Below are positions 19,544 to 30,100 of a stretch of DNA of 64,000 nucleotides, piece after piece. The stretch is from an uncultured Eisenbergiella sp. (GTDB lineage: Bacteria; Bacillota; Clostridia; Lachnospirales; Lachnospiraceae). The stretch lies in the NCBI GenBank assembly GCA_947630215.1, contig CANRGX010000005.1:11201-75200 (forward strand), written 5' to 3'. The position numbers and the translations under genes were made by a program. Position 1 is the stretch's first letter, and every line of letters begins with the position of its first letter. Under the pieces are notes generated by a model. That model was not told where the DNA came from, ran no database searches, and was given only the letters and a program-made list of their open reading frames with translations.

Positions 19544-20290
19544 TCACTCAAACAGGACTTCGTCCACCGTCACGAACTCATATCCCTCCTTTTGCAATTC
19601 ATCCACTACCCGCAGCGCCGCGGTTACGGTGGAGGGAAATTCGTCATGCATCAGAATGATGGCGTTTTCCTTCGCTCCGGAAAGCACCCGCTCCACAATG
19701 CGGGAAGCGTCGCTGGAGCACCAGTCCAGCGGATCGACGTTCCAGAGCACCGGAAACAGGTTCAGTTCCTCCTCCAGCGACTTCTCCCAGCATCCGTAAG
19801 GGGGCCGCACAAAAAGGACTTCTTCTCCCGTAATCTGTTCTATGATCCCGTTGGTCTTTTCCAGCTCCTGCTTGAACTGTTCCCGATTGTTCCGGGTAAG
19901 CTGCAGGTGGCTGTAGGTATGATTTCCGATCAGATGTCCTTCCTCCTGCAGGCGTTTTACCAGTTCCGGATATTCTTCCGCTTTTTTCCCGGTGAGGAAG
20001 AAACTCGCCTTTACCTTTCGCTGGGCCAGGCCGTCCAAAAGCTGCGGCGTATAGCGCGGATCGGGTCCGTCGTCAAAGGACAGACAGATCTTTTTCCTTT
20101 CTTTCCACGGATCCGTCTCCCCCCTTGCGCCATCCTGCGTTTCTGTCCCGGCCGTTTCCGTTTCCGCCATGCCGACAGCCGGCCGAAGATCCTGCTGCTG
20201 CCCATAAATTCTGTTGAAATTCCATAAAAGCAGCGCCAGCAGAAGAAGTTCCAAAGCCTCGACAAGATTGTTTCGGTTTCTTCTTCGCAT
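19544..20290 (-). CDS. Polysaccharide deacetylase (CE4/NodB), membrane-anchored
   Basis: 'LSFDDGP', 'GNHTYSH', 'RPPYG', 'ILMHD'; N-terminal hydrophobic anchor. Confidence 0.9.
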   Translation of the reverse strand: MRRRNRNNLVEALELLLLALLLWNFNRIYGQQQDLRPAVGMAETETAGTETQDGARGETDPWKERKKICLSFDDGPDPRYTPQLLDGLAQRKVKASFFLTGKKAEEYPELVKRLQEEGHLIGNHTYSHLQLTRNNREQFKQELEKTNGIIEQITGEEVLFVRPPYGCWEKSLEEELNLFPVLWNVDPLDWCSSDASRIVERVLSGAKENAIILMHDEFPSTVTAALRVVDELQKEGYEFVTVDEVLFE

Positions 20291-20334
20291 GGCGCTGCCT
20301 CAATACCGCGTTATCCCTTTATTATATGCCGCCG

Positions 20335-21279
20335 TCACCCCACGATATTCTGTGGGTGTCCGTCCAGATACGCCGCTATGTTGTCCAACGCGATGCAGGC
20401 CCTCTGATAGAGCGCTTCCTTCGTGGCAAAAGCCACATGGGGCGTGGCGATCAGGTTGGGGCAGCAAAGCAGCGGATGATCCACAGGAAGCGGCGGTTCC
20501 GTCTCAAATACGTCCACCGCGGCGCCGGCCAGCCGGTTTTCCCGCAGCGCCTCCGCCAGCGCAGCACTGTCCACCACGGGCCCGCGGGCCGTATTGATCA
20601 AAATCGCGTCCGGTTTCATCAGGGCAAGCTCCCGTCCGCCGATCATCCCCTTCGTTTCCTGCGTCAGCGGAACGTGTAGGGACACAATATCGCATACGGA
20701 AAGCAGGGTATCCAGATCCACCGCCGTCACACCCTCCATCGGTTTTGGGCTCCTGTTATACGCATAGACCCGGCACCCGAAGGCCTGCGCCAGCAGAGCG
20801 GTTCTGCGGCCGATGGCGCCCAGCCCCACCACGCCGAAGGTTTTACCCGCCAGTTCCAGTCCCACAAGCCCGGTCTTATCCTTTCCCTGCCGGACTGCCT
20901 GATCACAGGAGGGAATATGACGGTACAGGCTCAGCGCCAGGCCAAAGACCAGCTCCGAAACCGCGGTGTTGGAATATCCCGCACAGTTGCTGACCAGAAT
21001 GCCCCGTCTGCCGCATTCCTCCATGGCCACATGATCCACTCCGGTAAAGGCCACGGAAATCATTTTCAAATTCGGGCACTGCTCCAGTACCTGCTTGGGA
21101 AAGGGCAGATTGGAAAAAGTCAGAATATCCGCCTCTTTCGCGCGCATGACAAGTGTGTCGGTATCAGTAGTTCTTGTGTCATAATAGGTGACATCCGCTT
21201 TGTCGTGCAGTTTTTCTTCCGCCAGCGCCAGCAGTTTATCCTGTTCCACACCCAGCGGTTCTAAAATCACCAGCTTCAT
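20335..21279 (-). CDS. D-isomer-specific 2-hydroxyacid dehydrogenase
   Basis: 'GVVGLGAIG', 'DIVSLHVP', 'LINTARG', 'LDV/DVFETEP', 'TPHVA'. Confidence 0.9.
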   Translation of the reverse strand: MKLVILEPLGVEQDKLLALAEEKLHDKADVTYYDTRTTDTDTLVMRAKEADILTFSNLPFPKQVLEQCPNLKMISVAFTGVDHVAMEECGRRGILVSNCAGYSNTAVSELVFGLALSLYRHIPSCDQAVRQGKDKTGLVGLELAGKTFGVVGLGAIGRRTALLAQAFGCRVYAYNRSPKPMEGVTAVDLDTLLSVCDIVSLHVPLTQETKGMIGGRELALMKPDAILINTARGPVVDSAALAEALRENRLAGAAVDVFETEPPLPVDHPLLCCPNLIATPHVAFATKEALYQRACIALDNIAAYLDGHPQNIVG

Positions 21280-21304
21280 ACGCTCCTCCTTTTTCTTTTA
21301 TAAG

Positions 21305-21616
21305 TTAAGATACCTTGACCGCCGTTCCGTATGCGATGCACTCCGCACTGCCCTGCATCACGGAGGACGAAGCGTAGCGAATGTTGACGACAGCGTCCGC
21401 GCCCATCGCCTCGGCCTCCTCCACCATCCGTTTGGTCGCAATGCCCCTGGCTTCGTTGAGCATCTTCGTATAATCCACAATCTCACCGCCTACCAGCGTT
21501 TTCATCGCCGCCATAAAATCTTTTCCAAAATTTTTGGAAAACACCACGCTTCCCTTGACGATTCCCAGCGCCTGTATCTGACTTCCGGGGATATGATCAA
21601 TATTTAGCAGCAACAT
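21305..21616 (-). CDS. YbjQ/UPF0145 family protein
   Basis: 'LGIVKGS...NFGKDFMA..K.LVGGE...Y', 'A..MGADAVVNIRY', 'AYGTAV'. Confidence 0.88.
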   Translation of the reverse strand: MLLLNIDHIPGSQIQALGIVKGSVVFSKNFGKDFMAAMKTLVGGEIVDYTKMLNEARGIATKRMVEEAEAMGADAVVNIRYASSSVMQGSAECIAYGTAVKVS

Positions 21617-22238
21617 CTTCTTCTCCTCCTTCAATTTCTTTTAATCTCTGTAGTAGCGCAATCAGCACCCCTGCCAGCGGGATGGTAAGCAGCGCCATCA
21701 TGATAATAAGGGGCGGTGCGGCTTCGGGATCCAGCAGGGCCGCCCATAAAAGCAGCGCCACGACTGCCGCCAACAGCAGGCAGAAAACCAGTGCCGCAAG
21801 CAGGGAGCCTCTCTTTTTCCTATCTCGATCCCATTGTTTGACATCCATAAATCGTGTTCCCTCCTTTTCCATTTGATCCAGCCCAGCCAGCCACAGATCC
21901 GCGTTCAGTTCGTCAAACGACTCCTGTTTTTCCAGCATCTGCGTGCAGACGGCCTGCACCTTCAAAAGATTGCTGCTCTGTTCTCCGAGGGTGACGCTAT
22001 GCCGCTTCAGGACGTCCTGAAGCGACAGGCGCATGGTCTGTAGATTTCGGATCTCGTCTATGGGAATCGCCAGCCGGCGCAGCAGCCTGATCCGTTTGAG
22101 CGTCTCGACTTCTTTGGGGCCGTACTCCCGGTATCCGTTTTCCGGGCTGCGCTGTGGGGACAAAAGACCTTCCTTTTCATAAAAGCGGATGTTCTTTTGC
22201 GTGATTCCCACCATCCGTTCCACCTCGTTGATCCTCAT
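21597..22238 (-). CDS. MerR-family regulator with two C-terminal transmembrane helices
   Basis: 'MRINEVERMVGITQKNIRFYEKEGLL.P.R..NGYREY'; hydrophobic C-terminal hairpin. Confidence 0.88.
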   Translation of the reverse strand: MRINEVERMVGITQKNIRFYEKEGLLSPQRSPENGYREYGPKEVETLKRIRLLRRLAIPIDEIRNLQTMRLSLQDVLKRHSVTLGEQSSNLLKVQAVCTQMLEKQESFDELNADLWLAGLDQMEKEGTRFMDVKQWDRDRKKRGSLLAALVFCLLLAAVVALLLWAALLDPEAAPPLIIMMALLTIPLAGVLIALLQRLKEIEGGEEDVAAKY

Positions 22239-22270
22239 GCGAACCTCCTTTTGTCCGGGCTTTCACAAAG

Positions 22271-22301
22271 AAAATACACCTTCCCCTTTGTGGAAGGTCA
22301 A
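22271..22301 (-). promoter_or_regulatory. MerR-type promoter/operator
   Basis: TTGACC, 19-bp spacer, TATTTT; dyad ACCTTCC-N7-GGAAGGT (22278-22298) overlaps the spacer and the -35 element. Confidence 0.75.
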
Positions 22302-22348
22302 GGGACTTTCGTATTTTTTCAAATTTTTTTGCCTGGAAAGGGCCGCTG

Positions 22349-23878
22349 TCAAAAATTCAGATGTTCCAGATAGAGCGTCTCAAAATCCGGCTCCTGCGCC
22401 AGATTGACCGCCCTGCTGATCCGACGGATTTTTTCCGCCTCCGTTTTGTCCGATCTCCCGTATAAATAAGCGCCCGCCAGCGACGTATTGCCCACCGCCT
22501 TTACCTTCTCCCTTAATTCGGCCGGAAACAGTCCGATTTGTGCGGCCCTGTGGGTATCCAGAAAATATCCGAAGCCGCCTGCCAGCCAGACGGCCGATAT
22601 GTCTTTACAGGTGATGCCGTACTTTCGCATCAGCACACAGATCCCAGCGTGAATGGCCGCTTTCGCCTTCTGGAGCGCGCGGATATCCTCCTGTGTAACG
22701 CGCCAGCATGCCGCGCCGGTTCCCGTCTCCCATTCCCAGGGATATCCGGTTTCAAACCAGAGCTCTTTCAGCAGTCCGGTTTTCTCTATGACGCCCTCCT
22801 CCAGCAGCTGTCCTATCACCGCAATGCGATCCGTGCCCCGCTCCGGCGTTCCGGCCGTCCCTTCAAAGGCGGGCCCCGCCGCCGTAGCGGCACACAGCAG
22901 CCGTTCCCGGTTTCCCAGTACCAGTTCCCCATTGGTGCCCAGATCGAGCAGCAGAGTGATTTCCCGGCGCCGGTGCATCCGGCAGGCCAGCGTCCCTGCC
23001 AGCAGATCCGCCCCCACAAAGGCGGAAATTCCGGGCAGCAGCGTCCAGGGCGTCTTTTCCTTCGTCCGGCTGTCCCAAGGGATGTGCTGTTCCTCCAGCG
23101 TTACCGGCGTAAACGGATACCGGGCCAGCCCCTCGACAGGCAGGCCGGCCAGAAGATGCTCCATCACCGTATTGCCCGCCACGTAGACACTGGCGGGGTC
23201 TCCCCGTCCCACCTGCCGGGTCAGCCGGTAGACGCCGGTTTCCAACGCTTCCCGTATCAGCTTTTGCAGCGCTTCCCCCTGTCCGTCCTGCGCCGCCTGC
23301 ATCCGGGAAACCACATCCGCTCCGAAACGACGCTGCGGATTTTGTGCCGTCCATTCCGCCAGCACGGCCCCGTCCCTAAGACTTCTGGCCTGCATGGCCA
23401 CTGTGGTGGTTCCCAGATCGACCGCGATACACCAGCCGCCATCGCTTGCGTCGCCTTCGCTTTCGCCGCCATCGCCTGCGTCACCGTCGCCTGAGGTAGC
23501 GCAAGCCGCAGACGACAGAGGCGCAAAAGGGCCGTCCTCCAGCCCCACTGTCTCTGTCACAACCTCTGTCTCCGGCCCCCGGGCAAAGTCCACCTCCACC
23601 CGGCAGGGTCGTTCCGCCCTGTGCAGGCAGGCCAGACGAACGCCCGCGCGCAGCTCCTCCGGCGTCAGCAAGCGCCGTTCCACAGCGGACGGGAAGGGCG
23701 CCCCCTCCGGAAAGCGAACGCGGCATTTTCCGCATCGCCCGCCGCCCCGGCAGCCGCCCTCTGTCCAAAAGCCCTGCTCCTCCAGCGCCATGAGCAAAGT
23801 CTCCCCGCTTTTGGCGGCAATCCGGACTGTTTGTTTTTCAGACGAACCGATTTTGTTTTCCGTCATACCGATATCCAA
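22349..23878 (-). CDS. ASKHA-domain protein with N-terminal 2Fe-2S ferredoxin (RACo/RamA-like corrinoid activator family)
   Basis: 'GGCRGGGRCGKC...RLAC', 'AVDLGTTT', 'NPQ..FGADVVSR', 'DLGTNGE', 'AGPAFEG', 'LAGGFG', 'GNTSLAGA'. Confidence 0.85.
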   Translation of the reverse strand: MDIGMTENKIGSSEKQTVRIAAKSGETLLMALEEQGFWTEGGCRGGGRCGKCRVRFPEGAPFPSAVERRLLTPEELRAGVRLACLHRAERPCRVEVDFARGPETEVVTETVGLEDGPFAPLSSAACATSGDGDAGDGGESEGDASDGGWCIAVDLGTTTVAMQARSLRDGAVLAEWTAQNPQRRFGADVVSRMQAAQDGQGEALQKLIREALETGVYRLTRQVGRGDPASVYVAGNTVMEHLLAGLPVEGLARYPFTPVTLEEQHIPWDSRTKEKTPWTLLPGISAFVGADLLAGTLACRMHRRREITLLLDLGTNGELVLGNRERLLCAATAAGPAFEGTAGTPERGTDRIAVIGQLLEEGVIEKTGLLKELWFETGYPWEWETGTGAACWRVTQEDIRALQKAKAAIHAGICVLMRKYGITCKDISAVWLAGGFGYFLDTHRAAQIGLFPAELREKVKAVGNTSLAGAYLYGRSDKTEAEKIRRISRAVNLAQEPDFETLYLEHLNF

Positions 23879-24011
23879 TCCCCGCCAGCTTCTCCTCCAA
23901 CTCGGAGACGCTGATATCCAAATCCTGACAGCAGCTTTCCAGATCGGGATAAAAATCCCGTAGCTTCAAATTGATAAAGCTCAATAACATCACCGGATCT
24001 TTGGGCAGCAT
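23838..24011 (-). CDS. DUF4250 family small protein
   Basis: 'MLPKDPVMLLSFINLKLRDFY..L...C', ending 'GYRYD..QNRFV'; RBS AGGAG. Confidence 0.8.
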   Translation of the reverse strand: MLPKDPVMLLSFINLKLRDFYPDLESCCQDLDISVSELEEKLAGIGYRYDGKQNRFV

Positions 24012-24205
24012 TGCTTTCTCCTTCCCGACTCCTTTTTTGCAATTATACCATTCTTTGTGCGAAATAGCTACACGGCTGCACGGATTTCTTCTGAGCCGCT
24101 TTCTCCAGAAAAGAACCAAAAAAGGCCCAAAAAAGGCCCCGCCCGCAAAATACGCGGACAGAGCCTTTTGCTTTGTGAAAAAATCCGTTTGGAAACCGGC
24201 CGTCC

Positions 24206-26812
24206 TTATGACTGGGCCGTCCTTACGCCCACCTTGCGGCCGGCGGTCAGCGCGCCGTTTTCCAGTGCAATCTGAATGGTGTCGCCCATCTCCACCTGAT
24301 CCGCCAGAATCAGTTTGGCGGAAAGGGTTTCCACATGTTTCTGGATATAACGTTTGAGCGGACGCGCACCATAAACGGGATCGTAGGCGTTTTCCACAAT
24401 ATAGTCCTCCGCTTCCGGCGTCAGCTCAATGGAAATTTCCCGTTCCGCCAGACGGCGGTTCAAATCCTCCACAATAAGGCGGATGATGCCGCTGATGTCT
24501 TCCTTTGTCAACGGTTTGAACAGGATCGTCTCGTCCAGACGGTTCAAAAATTCCGGTCTGAAATGGCTCCGCAGCTCGTTCATCACCATGTTTTCGGCGT
24601 CCGGCCGGATGGTGCCGTCGTTATCAATTCCCTCCAACAGGTACTGAGCGCCGATGTTGGAGGTCATGATCAGAATGGTGTTTTTAAAGTCCACCGTCCT
24701 GCCCTGGGAATCCGTAATCCGTCCGTCGTCCAGCACCTGCAGCAAAACGTTGAATACATCCGGATGCGCCTTCTCGATTTCATCAAACAACACCACGGAG
24801 TAGGGCTTCCTGCGCACCGCCTCGGTGAGCTGGCCGCCTTCCTCGTACCCCACGTATCCGGGAGGCGCCCCAATCAGGCGGGATACCGCGAATTTCTCCA
24901 TGTATTCGCTCATATCAATCCGCACCATGTTGTTTTCATCGTCAAACAGCGCCGCCGCCAGAGCCTTAGCCAGTTCGGTCTTGCCCACGCCGGTAGGCCC
25001 GAGGAACAGAAACGAGCCGATGGGCTTATCCGGATCCTTGATGCCCGCTCTGGAGCGAATGATAGCCTCTGTCACTTTTGTGACACCTTCGTCTTGTCCG
25101 ATGACACGTTTGTGTAATTCCTCGTCCAAATGCAGTGTCTTGTTGCGTTCACTCTCTGTCAGCTTCGCCACAGGGATCCCGGTCCAGCGGGAAATGATGC
25201 GGGCGATTTCTTCTTCCGTCACTGCCTCGTGTACCAGGGAGAACTCATCCTTTTTCACCTTCTCCTCCTCGGCCTCCAGTTGCTTTTTCAGAGCAGGCAG
25301 TCTGCCGTAGGAAAGCTCCGCCGCCTTTTCATAATTGCCCTCCCGCTGCGCGATCTGGATCTGGTTGTTCATATCCTCGATCTCCTCCCGCAGTTTGGAA
25401 AGACGTTCCACGCCAGCCTTCTCGTTATCCCACTGGGCCTTTCGGTTGTCCAGTTCGGTCTTCTGCTCCGCCAGTTCCTTCTGCAGCGCTTCCAGCCGTT
25501 CTTTGCTCAGGTTGTCTTCCTCCTTTTTCAGGGCGGTTTCTTCGATCTCCAGCTGCATTACCCGGCGGTTGAGTTCATCCAGCTCGGTGGGCATGGAATC
25601 CAGCTCCGTCTTAATCAGCGCGCAGGCTTCGTCCACCAGATCGATGGCCTTATCCGGCAGGAACCGGTCGGAAATATAACGGTGGGAAAGCGTGGCCGCA
25701 CTGACCAGCGCATTATCCAGGATTTTTACGCCGTGATAGACCTCGTAACGTTCCTTTAACCCGCGCAAAATAGAGATCGTATCCTCCACGGTGGGTTCAT
25801 CCACCATAACCGGCTGGAAACGGCGTTCCAGCGCCGCGTCCTTTTCAATGTATTTGCGATATTCGTCCAGTGTGGTGGCCCCCACACAGTGCAGCTCGCC
25901 CCGGGCCAGCATGGGCTTTAACAGATTGCCCGCATCCATGGCCCCGTCGGTCTTGCCTGCGCCCACGATGGTATGCAGTTCGTCGATGAACAAAATGATC
26001 TGCCCGTCGCTTTTCTTCACATCCTCCAGCACCGCCTTCAACCGCTCCTCAAACTCGCCGCGGTACTTGGCTCCCGCCACAAGCGCGCCCATATCCAGCG
26101 AAAAGATTTTCTTGTCCTTGAGCCCCTGGGGCACGTCGCCCCGGACAATCCTCTGGGCCAGTCCCTCCACTACGGCGGTCTTTCCCACGCCGGGTTCGCC
26201 GATCAGCACCGGGTTGTTCTTGGTCTTGCGGGAAAGGATCCGAATCACGTTCCGGATCTCGGCATCCCGCCCGATAACCGGATCCAGCTTCTGGGCCCTG
26301 GCCCGTTCCACCAGATCCTGCCCGTATTTCTCCAGCGTGTCATAGGTGGCCTCCGGATTGTCGCTGGTTACCCGCTGATTGCCGCGCACGGAGGACAGCG
26401 CCTGTAAAAACCGTTCCCTGGTAATGCCGTATTCCTTCCAAATCTGCCCGATCTCCCGGTTGGGATGGGACAGCATGGCCAGAAACAGATGCTCTACGGA
26501 AACGTATTCGTCCCCCATCTGCTTCGCCTCGTCCTCCGCGGACAAAAGCGCCTGATTCAAGTCCTTTCCGATGAAAACCTGTCCGCCGGACACCTTCACC
26601 CGCTTCTCTACGGCCTGTCGGGCCCGGTTCAGAAAATGTTCCTTCTGGATCTCCATCTTTTCGATCAGTTTCAGGATCAGACTGTCCTCGACGGTCAGAA
26701 GGCTGTATAACAAATGCTCCTGTTCGATCTCCTGGTTGCCGTATTCATAAGCCAGTTTTTCGCAGCCCTGCACGGCTTCCATGGATTTCTGCGTAAACTT
26801 GGAAATATTCAT
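24206..26812 (-). CDS. clpB: ATP-dependent chaperone ClpB
   Basis: Two AAA+ modules (GEPGVGKT; GPTGVGKT), long coiled-coil M domain, 'GYVGYEEGG'. Confidence 0.96.
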   Translation of the reverse strand: MNISKFTQKSMEAVQGCEKLAYEYGNQEIEQEHLLYSLLTVEDSLILKLIEKMEIQKEHFLNRARQAVEKRVKVSGGQVFIGKDLNQALLSAEDEAKQMGDEYVSVEHLFLAMLSHPNREIGQIWKEYGITRERFLQALSSVRGNQRVTSDNPEATYDTLEKYGQDLVERARAQKLDPVIGRDAEIRNVIRILSRKTKNNPVLIGEPGVGKTAVVEGLAQRIVRGDVPQGLKDKKIFSLDMGALVAGAKYRGEFEERLKAVLEDVKKSDGQIILFIDELHTIVGAGKTDGAMDAGNLLKPMLARGELHCVGATTLDEYRKYIEKDAALERRFQPVMVDEPTVEDTISILRGLKERYEVYHGVKILDNALVSAATLSHRYISDRFLPDKAIDLVDEACALIKTELDSMPTELDELNRRVMQLEIEETALKKEEDNLSKERLEALQKELAEQKTELDNRKAQWDNEKAGVERLSKLREEIEDMNNQIQIAQREGNYEKAAELSYGRLPALKKQLEAEEEKVKKDEFSLVHEAVTEEEIARIISRWTGIPVAKLTESERNKTLHLDEELHKRVIGQDEGVTKVTEAIIRSRAGIKDPDKPIGSFLFLGPTGVGKTELAKALAAALFDDENNMVRIDMSEYMEKFAVSRLIGAPPGYVGYEEGGQLTEAVRRKPYSVVLFDEIEKAHPDVFNVLLQVLDDGRITDSQGRTVDFKNTILIMTSNIGAQYLLEGIDNDGTIRPDAENMVMNELRSHFRPEFLNRLDETILFKPLTKEDISGIIRLIVEDLNRRLAEREISIELTPEAEDYIVENAYDPVYGARPLKRYIQKHVETLSAKLILADQVEMGDTIQIALENGALTAGRKVGVRTAQS

Positions 26813-26866
26813 CCAGGTCCCTCCCTTCATGTTCTACTTCTAATATAACAACTAGCATCTGGTGTT

Positions 26867-26909
26867 ACTATATCATGTATTGTTAGCCACGTCAATAGGT
26901 GAGTGCTAA
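26867..26909 (-). promoter_or_regulatory. clpB promoter overlapped by a degenerate CIRCE (HrcA operator)
   Basis: Minus strand TTAGCACTC-ACCTATTGA-CGTGGCTAA (left arm perfect, right arm 5/9); TTGACG-17-TATAGT promoter. Confidence 0.6.
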
Positions 26910-26977
26910 TTCTTTTCAGATTTTTTCCTCAAGAGTCGGTTTGCATGAAAAGAAAGCCCGCCAAACACAAAAGAATA

Positions 26978-27006
26978 TTGATTTTTATGGTCTGGAATCG
27001 TATGAT
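26978..27006 (+). promoter_or_regulatory. sigma70-type promoter for the giant surface protein
   Basis: TTGATT-17-TATGAT about 100 nt upstream of the start codon. Confidence 0.5.
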
Positions 27007-27108
27007 ACTATTATATATTTGGTTATTTTTCCGAATTGACATCCGGTGCCGCCATTTCTGCGGCAAAAAAATAATTTCCTTATTTTATTTCTTTGGGAGG
27101 CATTTGAA

Positions 27109-30100
27109 ATGAAGCAGAATAAAGTCCGTCCTATTTCGCAGCTTGGCAGACGCCTGACAGCGTTTAGCCTGGCGCTCCTTCTGGCCCTGTCCCTGGTGGG
27201 GACACAGGACTGGACAGACGCTTATGCATCGGATTTTTCAACGGCGGCTGCCGAACAGACCCAACAGGCGGAGCAATCCCCGGCTGCGTATGTGCAGGAC
27301 TCAGACGACGGCGCAAATTCGGGAGACGGACTGACTTCTTCCGAAACACCCCCTTCCCAACCTGACGCTGCGGACACGGGCAGCACCCCCGAATCCTCTG
27401 ACCCGGCCACCCCCACGGAAACAGAGAATCCCGTTGAAACGCAGACCGGCAGCACCGAAGCGGAGAAAGAAATCCCGACCGAATCCGGAGAGCAGGCAGA
27501 AACGGAGACGGAAACCGAAACCGGGGCCGAAACGGAAACCGAAACTGAGACCGAGACCGAGACAGAAACAGAAACAGAAACGGAAACGGAAACAGAGACG
27601 GAATTGGAAACCGAGACCGAAACAGAAACCGAGTCCTCCGGTAAGAGCGGATTTCCCATGTCCATCTTTTCTGCCCCAGACACACCGACACTGGCTTTTT
27701 CCGTAGCACCGGACCCGGCTGACAAAAATACGCCGCCTAAAAATTACACGCTGACTGTGACCTACACGGGGAATCAAACGCTGACGGGCAAAAGTAATGG
27801 GTTGGTGTTCACCAGAAAGGAAATGGGCGCCAAATTAGTCTGGAATGGTGACGAGACTACTCCTTCCGGTTACGGTTCTAGGGATAGCAATACGACCTTC
27901 TACGTTCTGGGGAGCAAGGACGGTTCCCAGGCCTATACCCTGGAGTCTTCTAAAAGCTTCTCGATCCCTTTTAAACTGGATTCCGTTCCGAATACGCAGC
28001 CCTTTGACTTTGGCTTTTCCGTCTCTCTGGCGGAAGAAACGCTCCAATACGGCGATATCTATGTTTCCGCCATTTCAGAGGATATCATCTTTCAATATGA
28101 TAACGGAACCATTACGCCGGCCTCCTTCTCCCTGCCGCTTTCTCCGACAGGTGAACCGGGTCCGACCGAACCGACAGGCTATACTCTGATCTATCATCTC
28201 AACGCGCCGAGAAATAAAGAAGAAGCCGTACATACCGAATCCAGCGAAACCGGCAGTTTTTCTTTAAAAAGCGTAGGAGATGGGACGGATACCATCTTTG
28301 ACACGATTTCCGATGCCAACACAACAAAAGGGCTGGTAGAGGGCTATTACGGAGCCACATCGGACAGATATTACTTTGCCGGCTGGAGCCGGGAGGAAAA
28401 CGCGTCCTTCTCCTCCTACGATAAAATCGAGTTCCCGATCACGGATATTGGCAACAACAAAGCGACGTACCGCGGATATCGCACCGCCCCGTCCCTTTCG
28501 GCCGAACAGAAAACGACCCATCTGTATGCCGTCTGGGCACCGGAGGAAAGCGTGGGACTGTTCGGTTACGTCATGTCCATAGAAGGAGGTGATTTTGTCA
28601 GCGATACCCAGACAGACGGTCAAAAGCTGGGGGACAACGGAACCACCTCACAAAACAACGCGAAAAAATATGTGGTCTATGATAAAGGATATTGGGAAGA
28701 ATCCGAAACACCCTTTACCGTGTCCGGCGAACGCCCCACAGATTCCATAAACAACTATTCCTTCCTCACCTGGTTCAACAAAAGTCCGAAGCAGGCAGAT
28801 AAATATATTGTCATGCCCGGAGATCAGGTGCTCTACGGCGGCCAGCACAGCATTTACAGCCTGGATGCCGTCTGGGGCGAGTTAAACCGGGGCACGGATG
28901 TCAGCTGCCGTTTCGATGGTAAAGCACACTCGATAGATTTCAACACGCTGGCTTCCGGATCCGGCTCCGGGGCTGCCAAAAATGCGCCGCAGACCAAATT
29001 CCACGCGGGATCCTACAGCGGTTCGGTGCAAACTGCCTTTGACAAGGTGTTTTCCTCCGACCAGGTGAGCTATACCTACACCGTTACAAAGGACGGAACG
29101 CCGGTGAATCCGGAAACCTTTACGCGCAATGCGGACGGTGTGCCCGTCTTTACCGAACCGGGCGTCTACGAGTATACGGTAAACGCGGAGCTGAATGTTC
29201 CCGCCAATTTCCTCAACGATCCGTCAAAATCAACCGGTGTCGGGATTGGAACCATCCAGGCAACCCTGACCATCACCCATGAAGCGGAGCTGATCTATCA
29301 TTTCAACGCTCCGGAAACGCCAACGGATCAGACCTCCATGGACACTGACCCGACCGTGGAAGGCGGCAGTTATACCTATTTTGTCCGTCAGCTGGAGGAA
29401 GCTTTCCCGCAGTCAGAATATGACGATTTTCTTACCTCGCTCAAAGCACAGCTGGAAAACGGAAGGATCACGATAAACGGGAAAAACTGGTATTTTGCAG
29501 GCTGGTCAAAAAAGGCAAATCCTGCAGGCTATCCGGACGTGGATTATGCCGTTTCGGTTTTTGAGAAAGGAGATAATAAAAGCGCCCGCCTGCTGGCCGA
29601 TGACCTGAAACTGACGACTTCCAATAACACCGCGGACCTTTATGCCGTGTGGGTGGAAAGCCCGGCTCTGTTCGGTTATACCATGACGATTCCGGACGGG
29701 GATTTTGCTTCTTCCGAAAGGACCTCCGACAATCAGACGCTGGGAGACAACGGCATCACCGGTAAAGGAGCAAAAAAATATGTCGTCCTGGATCGGGGGT
29801 ACGACTTTGAGCAGGATAAAGATAAAGAAATCCGGGTAACCACGGAGATCCCTCAGGACGCCAAAACCGGCTATACCTTCCTGGCCTGGTACAATAAAAA
29901 TTATACAAAAGAGGATAAGAACACCGGAGGCAACAATAAAAACCTGAACAATCCCTTCACCTTCCCCGGCGGACAGGTTTATTTCGGCAACACCAATACC
30001 GTCTTTTCCCTGGACGCGGTATGGAGCAGGCTGGAAGCCCAAAATGACCGGGTTCTTTACGATGGGGAAGAACACGGACTGCCTGCCGCCAAGTTTTTGT

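Noticed and set aside
27040-27070. GCCGC hairpin followed by an A run in the adhesin leader, as a riboswitch, terminator or invertible switch
   Set aside because: The orientation is wrong for a terminator on either strand, there is no c-di-GMP consensus, and no flanking inverted repeats or recombinase are present.
27498-27630. Short repeat array that could be mistaken for a CRISPR or VNTR locus
   Set aside because: It is an in-frame coding poly-(ET) tract with no unique spacers, and there are no cas genes in the window.
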